This document shows, piece by piece, positions 16,330 through 25,355 of a stretch of 64,000 nt of DNA. Source of the stretch: Rickettsiales bacterium (GTDB taxonomy: Bacteria > Pseudomonadota > Alphaproteobacteria > Rickettsiales > SXRF01); NCBI GenBank assembly GCA_021299465.1, contig JAJTHB010000022.1, positions 25,256 through 89,255 of the forward strand, in the 5' to 3' direction. The notes under the pieces are model-generated. The model was not told the DNA's origin and searched no databases. It saw nothing but the letters and a program-made list of their open reading frames with translations. Both the position numbers and the translations under genes were made by a program. Within the stretch, counting starts at the first letter, position 1; each line of letters begins with the position of its first letter.

Positions 16330-18528
16330 ATGGCGTTAACTAAGCAGATACCCTGGTCAAGTTGCCGCTTGGTTCTACTCGCTACCATTTGCCTGCTTCC
16401 TTTTAACGCTTATCCGCAGCAGCAGTTTGGCCGAACCAGCTTTGGAGATGCAAGCCCGATTGCTGATGATGAGCCGGTGGTGCTTTCCGCTGATGATGTT
16501 TCGTATGACCAGGAAAGCGAGGAAGTCACCGCCAGCGGCAATGTTGAAGTGGTACAGGGCGAGACTGTGCTTGTGGCGCGCGAACTTTCCTATGACCAGA
16601 AAAACAACAAGGTGAAGGCAAAAGGCGATGTCAGCCTGATGGATCGTAATGGCCATGTGGTATTCGCCGATGAAATGGAACTTGCTGACGATATGAGTGT
16701 TGGCGTGATCCGGCATTTTAAAGCGCGACTTGCCGACGATTCGCTATTTGTTGCCACGCGTGGCCGCAAGGTTGACGAAAACGTGACCGAGCTGGAGCGT
16801 GCCGTTTATTCGCCGTGTAAAGTATTCTGCGAGGAAGGCCGTGCGAAAAATCCGATGTGGCAACTAAAGGCCGATCGCGTTCGTATCGATGAGGCCGAGC
16901 AGGAAGTAGTTTACCGCGATGTCGAAATGGAGGCCTTTGGTGTGCCGGTTTTCTACACGCCCTATCTTTCGCATGCAACACCCGGCGCTGATAACAAAAG
17001 CGGTTTCCTGACGCCTGAACTGCAAGCCAACGGTAATCTGGGCACCGTGGTCAAAACCCCTTATTACTATGTGATCGGTCAAGATCGCGACATGACCGTT
17101 ACCCCTTATAATACAACCAAAGAAGGCCTGGTGATGGCTGGTGAATATCGGCAGCGTTTCGATGACGGAACATTCACTACCGATGGTAGTATCACCCGCC
17201 CAAAAGATCGCAATGCCCTTGGCTTCGTCGATAGGGGTAACGAAATACGCGGCCATATCAATGCGACCGGCCAGTTTAAGTATGATGCTGATACTGACTG
17301 GGGTTTTGCTTTACGCCGCACTACGGACGACACTTATCTTCGTCGTTATAAATTCAGCCAGGACACGTTACTCACCTCGCGTGTTTTCGCCGAGCGTTAC
17401 AATCTCACGGCGCCGAGCGACCGAAGCTTCCTGCGTGCGCAGGGCCTTGCATTTCAAGGGCTGACAGCAAGTGATGATTCGGATCGCATCCCGATGATTG
17501 TGCCGCAAATTGATATGGCCTATGAAAGCGCGCCTGGCGCCTATAATTCACGCCTGTCGGTGGTTGCGAACAGCATGATGCTGACACGCGATGATGGCCC
17601 TAAAAGCCGCCGCCTGTCAATGACCGGTGGCTGGCGCCTGCCTTATATTACGAATGATGGACAGATTATCGAAGTGGCTAGCCGCCTTCGCACCGATGTG
17701 TATGATGTGGAAGATGTGACCCTTGCCGATGGTCGCCGTTTTGATGGTACAACCGGCCGCGTGATTCCGGAAGCATCGCTTTCCTGGCGTATGCCTTTTA
17801 TCAACCAGCTCAGTGAATCCCAGCATGTGATGATCGAGCCGGTGGCGGTGCTGGCGGCAAGCCCGCGTGGCGGTAACCCCGAAAAAATTCCCAATGAAGA
17901 TAGCCGTGTGCCGGAATTTACCGATACCAATCTTTTTGAAGCCAATCGTTTTGCGGGCTATGATCGTATCGAGACCGGCACGCGTGTCAGCTATGGTCTG
18001 CGAAGCCAGCTACAGTTTGCCGAAGGCTATGTGGTTGATGGCCTGATCGGCCAGCACTACCGCGGCGAAACCGACCGTAACTTCCCTTTTTCAAATGATC
18101 TGGACAGCCATTTTTCTGATTATGTGGGCAAGCTCGGCGTATCGCTGGCGCCGTTTGATATTGCCTATCGTTTCAGGCTGGACAAGGATGATTTTTCACC
18201 GCAGCGCAACGAGGTTGATGCCAACTTTTTCTACCGCCGCCTGAGCCTTACCGGCAACTATCTCATGCTCAATGACGATCCTATCCTCTCCGATAAGGAA
18301 GAAATCAGCGGCACCGCAACGCTTGGCCTTACGAGTGAGTGGCAGTGGTTCGTCACCAGCCGCCGCGATATCGAAACCGACTTCACCTCAGCGGCGAGCA
18401 CCGGCCTTACCTTTAAAAATGAATGCACCTATTTTACGACCGTGATTGGCAGGGAATTCACACGCGACCGCGATATCGAACCCACCACGACCTTCCTGTT
18501 TCGCATCGCGCTCAAAAATCTGGAGTAG
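16330..18528 (+). CDS. lptD: LPS-assembly outer membrane protein LptD
   Basis: 732 aa with a signal peptide, an OstA-like N-domain and a long beta-barrel region. It sits in the classical position upstream of surA. Confidence 0.9.
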   Translation: MALTKQIPWSSCRLVLLATICLLPFNAYPQQQFGRTSFGDASPIADDEPVVLSADDVSYDQESEEVTASGNVEVVQGETVLVARELSYDQKNNKVKAKGDVSLMDRNGHVVFADEMELADDMSVGVIRHFKARLADDSLFVATRGRKVDENVTELERAVYSPCKVFCEEGRAKNPMWQLKADRVRIDEAEQEVVYRDVEMEAFGVPVFYTPYLSHATPGADNKSGFLTPELQANGNLGTVVKTPYYYVIGQDRDMTVTPYNTTKEGLVMAGEYRQRFDDGTFTTDGSITRPKDRNALGFVDRGNEIRGHINATGQFKYDADTDWGFALRRTTDDTYLRRYKFSQDTLLTSRVFAERYNLTAPSDRSFLRAQGLAFQGLTASDDSDRIPMIVPQIDMAYESAPGAYNSRLSVVANSMMLTRDDGPKSRRLSMTGGWRLPYITNDGQIIEVASRLRTDVYDVEDVTLADGRRFDGTTGRVIPEASLSWRMPFINQLSESQHVMIEPVAVLAASPRGGNPEKIPNEDSRVPEFTDTNLFEANRFAGYDRIETGTRVSYGLRSQLQFAEGYVVDGLIGQHYRGETDRNFPFSNDLDSHFSDYVGKLGVSLAPFDIAYRFRLDKDDFSPQRNEVDANFFYRRLSLTGNYLMLNDDPILSDKEEISGTATLGLTSEWQWFVTSRRDIETDFTSAASTGLTFKNECTYFTTVIGREFTRDRDIEPTTTFLFRIALKNLE

Positions 18529-18532
18529 TTTC

Positions 18533-18650
18533 ACCCCGCTCTGGCTTCAAATCTTGTTGCGATTGAGTCTCCCTAAGAAAACGTCATGTACTTGTATGTA
18601 CACTCGTTTTCTCGTACTCTGTCGCGGCGCGCTTTTTTGCCAAAGCGGGT
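18533..18650 (+). repeat. long-hairpin element, copy E3
   Basis: It starts about 5 nt after the lptD stop. It shares a 106-bp perfect match with E2. Confidence 0.9.
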
Positions 18651-18673
18651 AAAGTGATCATTTTGGAGTTGTC

Positions 18674-19933
18674 ATGCGTTTCTGGCTCATCGTTCTTTTG
18701 CTTTTGGCTTCTGTGCCAGCGTTTGCACAGAAACCCGCTTCGGGCGGCCTTGCTATTGCGGCGGTGGTAGGTGATGAGGTGATCTCCTCCTATGATGTGG
18801 AGGCAAGGCTTCGTTTTATCGTGGCCACCACCAAACTCACCAATAACGCCGAAACGCTCGCTCGTGTGAGGCCTCAGGTGGTGCGCGCATTGATTGATGA
18901 ACGGCTGCAGCTGAAAGAAGCAACCCAAAATAACATCGCTGTGACGGATGAGGATGTGGCTAAAGCCATCGCTGGTATTGAGTCACAGCGCAGCATGCCT
19001 GCGGGCGCTATTGCGCGGATGCTCACGCAAAACAATGTACCCAAGGCTACGTTTGAGCAGCAAATTCGCGCACAGATTGCCTGGAGCAAATTTGTGGGCA
19101 AGCGTATTCGCCCTGCGATTAAGATCAGCGATGAAGAAGCTGTGGCGAAGCAAAAAACGATCAGCATACCCAAGGTTAATCAGGAGCTGGAAATTGCCTT
19201 CCTCACAGTACCGGTGGACAAGCGCAAGCGCGAGAACGAGGTGCGCGCTATTGCCGCCAAGCTTGCTTCTGAAATGCGTGCGGGCGCTAACTTTGAGGAG
19301 CTGGCACGGCAATTTTCCAGCCGCAGCGCTAAGATGGATCGTTTCTGGATAAAGCCCGAGCAACTCGAACCAAGCATAGGTAAAACCCTGACGACGGCTG
19401 AGGCAGGCACCATCACCGCACCGATTCGTACCGAAATCGGCTATACCATCGTTAAGGTCTATAACACCCGATCACTTGAGCAAAAAGCTGATCAAGACCA
19501 GCAGGTGAAAGTAAAAGATATTCTGCTGAAACTTAAGGCTGATGCAGAGAATCAAGAGGCGAGCACCCTGCTTGTGATCGCTGAGGAAATTGCAAAAAAT
19601 CCGGGAGCCTGCGAAGAAAAAGGTATTGCAGGTATTGCCAATCTCGAGGATGTCGAGGTGGTGGTGGCGATACGTGACGCTCTGTTTTCTGAACTTTCTG
19701 CCGCGCTGAAAGCGATCGTTAGCAATTTAAAGGTTGGCGAGGCCTCGCCACCGTTTGCGACCGATCGTGGTATTCAGCTCTATATGCTCTGTGACCGTAA
19801 GGAAGTGGCCCCAGCCCCTGCGATAGCCGACCTCGGCCAAGTCAAAAACCTTATTCTTGCTGAGCGGCTCGAGCTGGAAGCCCAGAAAACCATGAGGAAT
19901 CTGCGGAGCGATACCTATGTTGAAATACGCTAA
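18674..19933 (+). CDS. surA: SurA-like periplasmic chaperone / peptidyl-prolyl isomerase
   Basis: 419 aa with a signal peptide (LLLLASVPAFA). It has a SurA N-terminal-domain-like region and a parvulin-like segment. Synteny with lptD supports the call. Confidence 0.8.
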   Translation: MRFWLIVLLLLASVPAFAQKPASGGLAIAAVVGDEVISSYDVEARLRFIVATTKLTNNAETLARVRPQVVRALIDERLQLKEATQNNIAVTDEDVAKAIAGIESQRSMPAGAIARMLTQNNVPKATFEQQIRAQIAWSKFVGKRIRPAIKISDEEAVAKQKTISIPKVNQELEIAFLTVPVDKRKRENEVRAIAAKLASEMRAGANFEELARQFSSRSAKMDRFWIKPEQLEPSIGKTLTTAEAGTITAPIRTEIGYTIVKVYNTRSLEQKADQDQQVKVKDILLKLKADAENQEASTLLVIAEEIAKNPGACEEKGIAGIANLEDVEVVVAIRDALFSELSAALKAIVSNLKVGEASPPFATDRGIQLYMLCDRKEVAPAPAIADLGQVKNLILAERLELEAQKTMRNLRSDTYVEIR

Positions 19934-20783
19934 GCCGAGCGCGTATGGATTTACGCTCATTGAGCTATCCATTGTGCTGGTGATTATCGGCCTTATTTTC
20001 GGCGGTATCCTGATCGGCAGAGATCTGATCGCGGCGGCTGAGATTCGCCGGTTTATAACGCAGATTGAGCAGTATAATGCGGCAGTCAATGTGTTTAAGG
20101 ATAAATACAGGGGCTTGCCGGGTGATCTTGTTGATGGCACGAGTTTTGGTTTTAAAGGAAACGGCAACGGCGATAAATGCATTGGTCTTTGTAATTCCGG
20201 AAGTTTGATTACCGACCTGGTTCTTGGCGGTTTTTCCGTTAGTGGGGGCTGGCAACAAAATGAAATGTCGATGTTCTGGTCAATGCTATCCGACGCCAAA
20301 TTAATCAGCGGTACCTATGACGGCGCGACCGCTGATTTCAGCGCCAACCCGATTGGAACAACCATTCCTGCAACCGCAGTAGATGGCAGCATTGGGCTGC
20401 TTGCTTATTACGGCACGGAAAGTGTATTGCCCGGCTGGTCGAATACCCGCCACTACATCACGATGACCAGCTATGTTTCGAGCGCATTTCAGCTTATGTT
20501 TGACGTTACGACACAGCCACACCGTCTGAAGGCGGTTTGGGCGCAAAGTATGGATAAGAAAATGGATGATGGCTCGCCCGGCGCCGGGCGTGTACGCGCC
20601 GGGGTAAGCGTTGACGGTTTTTTTGATCAGGTGGCAGTGAACGGCGATGATACGCAGGCGCCTTCGCTACCGCTCGCAGCCGGTCAGAATTGCACCTATG
20701 TGCCCTCCGGATCAACCCAGTGGATCTATAATGTGGCCGACGCGGCCGCTTCATGCTGGATGCGATTTGAAGGGGGATTTTGA
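19917..20783 (+). CDS. type IV pilin-like protein, paralog B
   Basis: The ATG lies 17 nt inside the surA 3' end. Leader is MLKYAKPSAYG followed by FTLIELSIVLVIIGL with Glu at +5. It has KYRGLPGD, MDDGSPGAGRVRAG and a C-terminal Cys-x20-Cys. 288 aa. Confidence 0.8.
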   Translation: MLKYAKPSAYGFTLIELSIVLVIIGLIFGGILIGRDLIAAAEIRRFITQIEQYNAAVNVFKDKYRGLPGDLVDGTSFGFKGNGNGDKCIGLCNSGSLITDLVLGGFSVSGGWQQNEMSMFWSMLSDAKLISGTYDGATADFSANPIGTTIPATAVDGSIGLLAYYGTESVLPGWSNTRHYITMTSYVSSAFQLMFDVTTQPHRLKAVWAQSMDKKMDDGSPGAGRVRAGVSVDGFFDQVAVNGDDTQAPSLPLAAGQNCTYVPSGSTQWIYNVADAAASCWMRFEGGF

Positions 20784-20791
20784 TAGCCACC

Positions 20792-21742
20792 ATGTTAAAG
20801 AAATACGACAGAAAAGGCGCCTTCACCTTAGTCGAGATTTCGATTGTGATTGTGATTATTGGGCTGGTGCTTGGCGGAGTATTGGTGGGGCGGGATTTAA
20901 TTGCCGCGGCGGAGATGCGCGCAGTTATCAGCCAGCAGGAACAAATCAAAACAGCCGTTATGACCTTCAAGACAAAATATGCTGGCCTGCCCGGGGATAT
21001 GAATAATGCTGCTGCTTTTGGTTTTGCCTCAACACCATCAACGATTGGAAACGCCGATGGTTGTATCAGCGTTTGCTACGGCAGTTTTACCAGAAGCGGT
21101 AGTTACTACATGACGAAGATCGAGTCATTTGACATGACAGATAACGGTTTCGAGATTCCGAATTTCTGGCGTCATCTTTCGCAGGCTGGCCTTATCAGCG
21201 GAACTTATGATGGGAATGCCAATGGCTTTAATTCACAAAGTGTTGGCAAAACCATGCCGCCGGTTCAGGGTAAGGCTAAATTAGGTTGGGTTGTTTATGC
21301 CAATTATGAATCTCTTCCAACCAATGCGGCCATGATGCAAAGTCTGAATGATTCTGGTTCTGGTGTTGCCGTGCAGGGTAACATAGGAAACTACATGAGC
21401 ATGTTTCTGGTGGGTGAGTATGATAGTATTATTCCGCCGATCATGACTGGCGAGGCTTTCTCGCCACTTCAGGCAAAAGCGCTGGACGATAAGATTGATG
21501 ACGGCTTTCCCGGCAGCGGCATGGTTCGTGCTAACTATACGAACTATAACGACCTGGGTGGGTATGACTGGGACATTGATGCGGTGTTTGTTGATGGTTG
21601 GTATTATCTTACGCCACCGCCTGGCTCCCCCACGCTGGATGGATTATGGTGTGCGTATGTACCCTCTGGTAAGGTACAATGGGCGTATAATGTTCAGGAT
21701 GGCAATGCATCCTGCGGCATCAGAATTAGGGCTGGTTTTTAA
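20792..21742 (+). CDS. type IV pilin-like protein, paralog C
   Basis: ATG 20792 is preferred over TTG 20780. The N-terminus is MLKKYDRKGAFTLVEISIVIVIIGL. It has KYAGLPGD, IDDGFPGSGMVRAN and a C-terminal Cys-x20-Cys. About 316 aa. Confidence 0.8.
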   Translation: MLKKYDRKGAFTLVEISIVIVIIGLVLGGVLVGRDLIAAAEMRAVISQQEQIKTAVMTFKTKYAGLPGDMNNAAAFGFASTPSTIGNADGCISVCYGSFTRSGSYYMTKIESFDMTDNGFEIPNFWRHLSQAGLISGTYDGNANGFNSQSVGKTMPPVQGKAKLGWVVYANYESLPTNAAMMQSLNDSGSGVAVQGNIGNYMSMFLVGEYDSIIPPIMTGEAFSPLQAKALDDKIDDGFPGSGMVRANYTNYNDLGGYDWDIDAVFVDGWYYLTPPPGSPTLDGLWCAYVPSGKVQWAYNVQDGNASCGIRIRAGF

Positions 21743-21749
21743 TAGGGTG

Positions 21750-23534
21750 CTAGCTAATGACCTTGGCGTAGCTGCCGGGTGCGTCTTCGATCGCCTTGCC
21801 GATTTTGCGCGCCGGAACTTTACCGCCGGCGTGGGGCTGGTGCCATAGTAGCCAATCCGGCCACCACGAGCCTTTTACCTCGCGCGCGCCGGCCGCCCAT
21901 TCATCGGGTGATTTCGGATACGGAATGTTATTCACCCAGTGGCAGTATTTATCTTTGGAGGGCGGGTTGATGACACCGGCAATATGCCCGCTAGCCGCCA
22001 GCACGAATCGGATATCGCCCGCGTAAGTTTGTGTTGCGGCGTAGGTGGATTTCCACGGCGCGATGTGATCTTCACGCGAAGAAAGGACGTAAGTTGGCGT
22101 GTCGATGGTGGAAAGATCAATCGCCACACCACCCACCGTAATGCCGCCGCGTTTAATCAGCAGGTTTTTTTGATACATATTCCGTAAATAGAAGCTATGC
22201 ATGGCGGCCGGCATGCGCGTGGAATCGGCGTTCCAGTATAAGAGGTCAAACGGAAACGGCTCCTTGCCAAGCAGGTAGTTATTCACCACGAACGACCAGA
22301 TGAGATCATTGGCGCGCAGCATGTTGAACGTCATCGCCATTTCGGAGCCTTCGAGATAGCCCAGCTCCTTCATGCGTGATTCCATCAGCTGCAGCTGCTC
22401 GTCATCGATAAAGACCGACAGCTCGCCGCTATCAGCAAAATCAATCATGGTGGTGAGGTAGGTTACCGACTTCACACGCGAGGATTGTTTCTTCGCTTTT
22501 AGCCACGCGAGCGTGATGGCGGTCAGCGTGCCGCCTAAGCAGTAAGCGCCGATCGAGATTTCTTTTTCGCCGGTTGCTTTTTCAATGGCATCCAGCGCCG
22601 CGAGCGGTCCTTCCATCATGTAATCATCAAAGGTTTTTTTCGCGAGTGTTTCATCGGGGTTCACCCACGAAATCACAAACACGCTGTAGCCCTCATCCAC
22701 CAGATATTTCACCAGTGAATTTTCCGGCTGCAGGTCGAGGATGTAGTATTTGTTGATCCATGCAGGGATGACAAGCAGCGGCGTCTGGTAGACCTCTTTT
22801 GTCGTTGGCTCATACTGAATGAGTTGCATCAGATCATTTTGATAGATGACCTTGCCTGGTGTGACCGCCAGATTTTTGCCTACCTTGAACGCGCTATAAT
22901 CGGTCATGCTGATGCGAAGGTTGCCTTTGCTCTTTTCCAGATCAGACAGCAAATGCGAAAAACCCTTCACAAGGTTTTCGCCCTGGCTTTCGAGCGTTGC
23001 TTTCAGCACTTCGGGGTTGGTCATGATGAAGTTCGACGGCGACATCGCATCTACAAATTGGCGTGTGTAGAAATCAATTTTCTGCATGATTTTCGGATCT
23101 ACCCCCGATACATCTTTTACCGATTGCTGCATCCAGCGCGCCGTGAGCAGGTAGGATTGCTTGATAAAATCAAACACAGCGTTCTGGTCCCACGAGGCGT
23201 CTTTAAAGCGGCGGTCCTTGGGGTCGGCTTCAATGTAGGGTTTCAGGTTTTCGCCGAGGGCGCGGCTGGCGGCATTCTGCCATAGATTCATGGTCTCCTG
23301 CCACCATTCGAGCTGCTTTTCCCATAGCTTTGTGGGGTCCTGCAACGCCTGCGAAAACCACTCCGTCATTGCCGCATTGAGCCCGGCCGGATCAAACGGT
23401 TTGCGCTCGATATCCTGCATCTGCCGCGCCATGAATTCCTGATAGATGCGCTGGCACTGTTCGGCCGCCCTGGTCATGTTGCGGGTGAATTCGTTTAGGT
23501 CTGGCTTGGGATGGTTTTGTATCATAAATGCCAA
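21750..23534 (-). CDS. phaC: class I poly(3-hydroxyalkanoate) synthase
   Basis: 594 aa with the lipase-box-like motif GAYCLGG and an alpha/beta hydrolase C-terminal half. Confidence 0.9.
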   Translation of the reverse strand: MAFMIQNHPKPDLNEFTRNMTRAAEQCQRIYQEFMARQMQDIERKPFDPAGLNAAMTEWFSQALQDPTKLWEKQLEWWQETMNLWQNAASRALGENLKPYIEADPKDRRFKDASWDQNAVFDFIKQSYLLTARWMQQSVKDVSGVDPKIMQKIDFYTRQFVDAMSPSNFIMTNPEVLKATLESQGENLVKGFSHLLSDLEKSKGNLRISMTDYSAFKVGKNLAVTPGKVIYQNDLMQLIQYEPTTKEVYQTPLLVIPAWINKYYILDLQPENSLVKYLVDEGYSVFVISWVNPDETLAKKTFDDYMMEGPLAALDAIEKATGEKEISIGAYCLGGTLTAITLAWLKAKKQSSRVKSVTYLTTMIDFADSGELSVFIDDEQLQLMESRMKELGYLEGSEMAMTFNMLRANDLIWSFVVNNYLLGKEPFPFDLLYWNADSTRMPAAMHSFYLRNMYQKNLLIKRGGITVGGVAIDLSTIDTPTYVLSSREDHIAPWKSTYAATQTYAGDIRFVLAASGHIAGVINPPSKDKYCHWVNNIPYPKSPDEWAAGAREVKGSWWPDWLLWHQPHAGGKVPARKIGKAIEDAPGSYAKVIS

Positions 23535-23645
23535 TTGCGTTAAAAACGAGGCTACGATATATCTTTCCGGACGTTATCGTTAGATGTTTTTATGCAACGC
23601 TGACGGCTGCGTCGCTTAATTTAACTCAATTTAGGAATCTTTATT

Positions 23646-25343
23646 ATGCAGCGCCCACAATCTTTCCGATTTACCCTGCTTATTTCAGTTGCCGGGATTG
23701 TGACGCTTGCTGGCTGTGATACCAGCAACCTTGCAGATAAAATTTCCGGCCGTGAGGGCCGTAAAGAACAGCTGGTGGATGGCCCTCGCCGCGCGCCTTT
23801 GCTCAATCCGCGGCCAAATATGGCGCCGCCTGCCATGCCGCAAGAACAGCAAGCCCCCCCAGCCGCAAGGCCACAAGCGGCTGCTGACAGCCCATTTGAT
23901 CAGTTTGATGAAACGGGTGCAATGGTCGCGCCTGAGCCTGCTAAGCCGCTTGAAATGGCTGGCGGCGATGAGGCGGGCACCGTGGATAGCGGTTTTTTTG
24001 ACCGCCTGATACCGGATCGTAAAGCTGAGGCGCCTGCTGCTGAAGCAAAGAAAGCGCCAGAAAAGCCGATCAGAAAGCCATTTATTGCTAATGTGCTAAG
24101 CGCGAGTGATGAGGAGGCACCATTACTCGAGGCAGATGACCCAAAACCACTGGCAAAACAGGTCATGGAGCCTGAGCCGGTTTTCGCTGAGGCACCTGAG
24201 CCTAAATCCGAGCCCAAAACTAAGCCAGCCAAAATCGACAGAGCGCCCGAGCCTGCTTTGCCCGCTATTCCGCTGACAGCAGCACAAGATCGTGATGCTG
24301 TTACGGGTTTTGTGCCGCTTGCTCCGGAACCCGCCCAAGATAAGCCGCTGGCTGTTTCTGACGCTGAGCCCGTCAAGGTGACAGCAGAAAAACCAGCTGC
24401 CGTGACCGAAGAAAAACAGGTGGTGGAGCAGGAGCCGATCGCCGCTTCGAAACCCTCGCTCTTATCGCGCCTTATTGCGCCGGTGGTAGGGGATAAAACT
24501 GAAACCTCGCTTTCTGATGATGGTTCTGCTGACAAAGTAGAGCCCTTTCCGGAGCTTTCTTCAGTGCCGCCACGGCCTGAGACATTTAAGGCAATTCGTG
24601 GTGAGCGCGACCAGCAGATTGAAGCGCTAAAAAACGAACACGCGGCAGCAAAAGAACAAAAGCAGGTGCTTGCTGAAGAGCCATCTGAACTTGCGTCACC
24701 TTCCATGCTGGTATCGCCAAGCCTCCCTGTTGCCGAGCCAGTGAAACAGCCTGCCGCTATCGCTGCACCGCAACCGCCAGCTGAGGAGCCGGTTTTACTG
24801 GGGCGCATTGCCGATCCCAAGCTTGCCAATAATGGCGATGAGGCTACAGGCCAGCCAGCAGCCGCGCCAATTGAATATAAAGAAGATAAGATTGTCGAGC
24901 CGGTGAAATCTCAGCCAGCACCAGTTGCCCCAGCGAAGCCTGAAGCGGTCGTTATTGCTGAAACTCCACCTGCTGGTGATAAAGAACAAACGCCGTGGTG
25001 GAAGCGCCTTGGTGTATTTAGTGATCAGCCGGCAAGCGCTGATGACCCTGCCGTGCAGCAGGCTGACAAGCAGCCTAAAAAACCTCTGGTAATCGAAGAG
25101 CCAGTGACAACCGTTCAGCCGTTCAGACCAGAGCTGGAGGTTGCCCCAGTTCAGCCCTCCATCACTCCAATCATCGAGCCGGTCAAAGCCGTGAAGACTC
25201 GGGCGGCCGTGCAGAATGAGGATGAGCAAGGCGATAGCGCTGATGGCGCGCCGCCATTATCCGCTAAACCTGCTGATGTCAAAACGCTGCCGCCTTCACG
25301 CTACACGCCGCCGCGCCAGCGCCAATACTATCTCGTGCCGTAA
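23646..25343 (+). CDS. Pro/Ala/Glu-rich, probably disordered lipoprotein
   Basis: 565 aa with lipobox LAGC at residues 21-24. The rest is low-complexity (PEPAKP, EPKSEPKTKPAK and similar). No globular C-terminal domain is recognisable. Confidence 0.7.
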   Translation: MQRPQSFRFTLLISVAGIVTLAGCDTSNLADKISGREGRKEQLVDGPRRAPLLNPRPNMAPPAMPQEQQAPPAARPQAAADSPFDQFDETGAMVAPEPAKPLEMAGGDEAGTVDSGFFDRLIPDRKAEAPAAEAKKAPEKPIRKPFIANVLSASDEEAPLLEADDPKPLAKQVMEPEPVFAEAPEPKSEPKTKPAKIDRAPEPALPAIPLTAAQDRDAVTGFVPLAPEPAQDKPLAVSDAEPVKVTAEKPAAVTEEKQVVEQEPIAASKPSLLSRLIAPVVGDKTETSLSDDGSADKVEPFPELSSVPPRPETFKAIRGERDQQIEALKNEHAAAKEQKQVLAEEPSELASPSMLVSPSLPVAEPVKQPAAIAAPQPPAEEPVLLGRIADPKLANNGDEATGQPAAAPIEYKEDKIVEPVKSQPAPVAPAKPEAVVIAETPPAGDKEQTPWWKRLGVFSDQPASADDPAVQQADKQPKKPLVIEEPVTTVQPFRPELEVAPVQPSITPIIEPVKAVKTRAAVQNEDEQGDSADGAPPLSAKPADVKTLPPSRYTPPRQRQYYLVP

Positions 25344-25355
25344 CCGGTGGTGGCT

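Noticed and set aside
23900-24829. A 309-aa minus-strand ORF opposite the Pro/Ala/Glu-rich lipoprotein gene.
   Set aside because: It is a Ser/Gly/Ala-rich artefact of GC-rich low-complexity DNA. The plus ORF has a lipobox and a sensible start.
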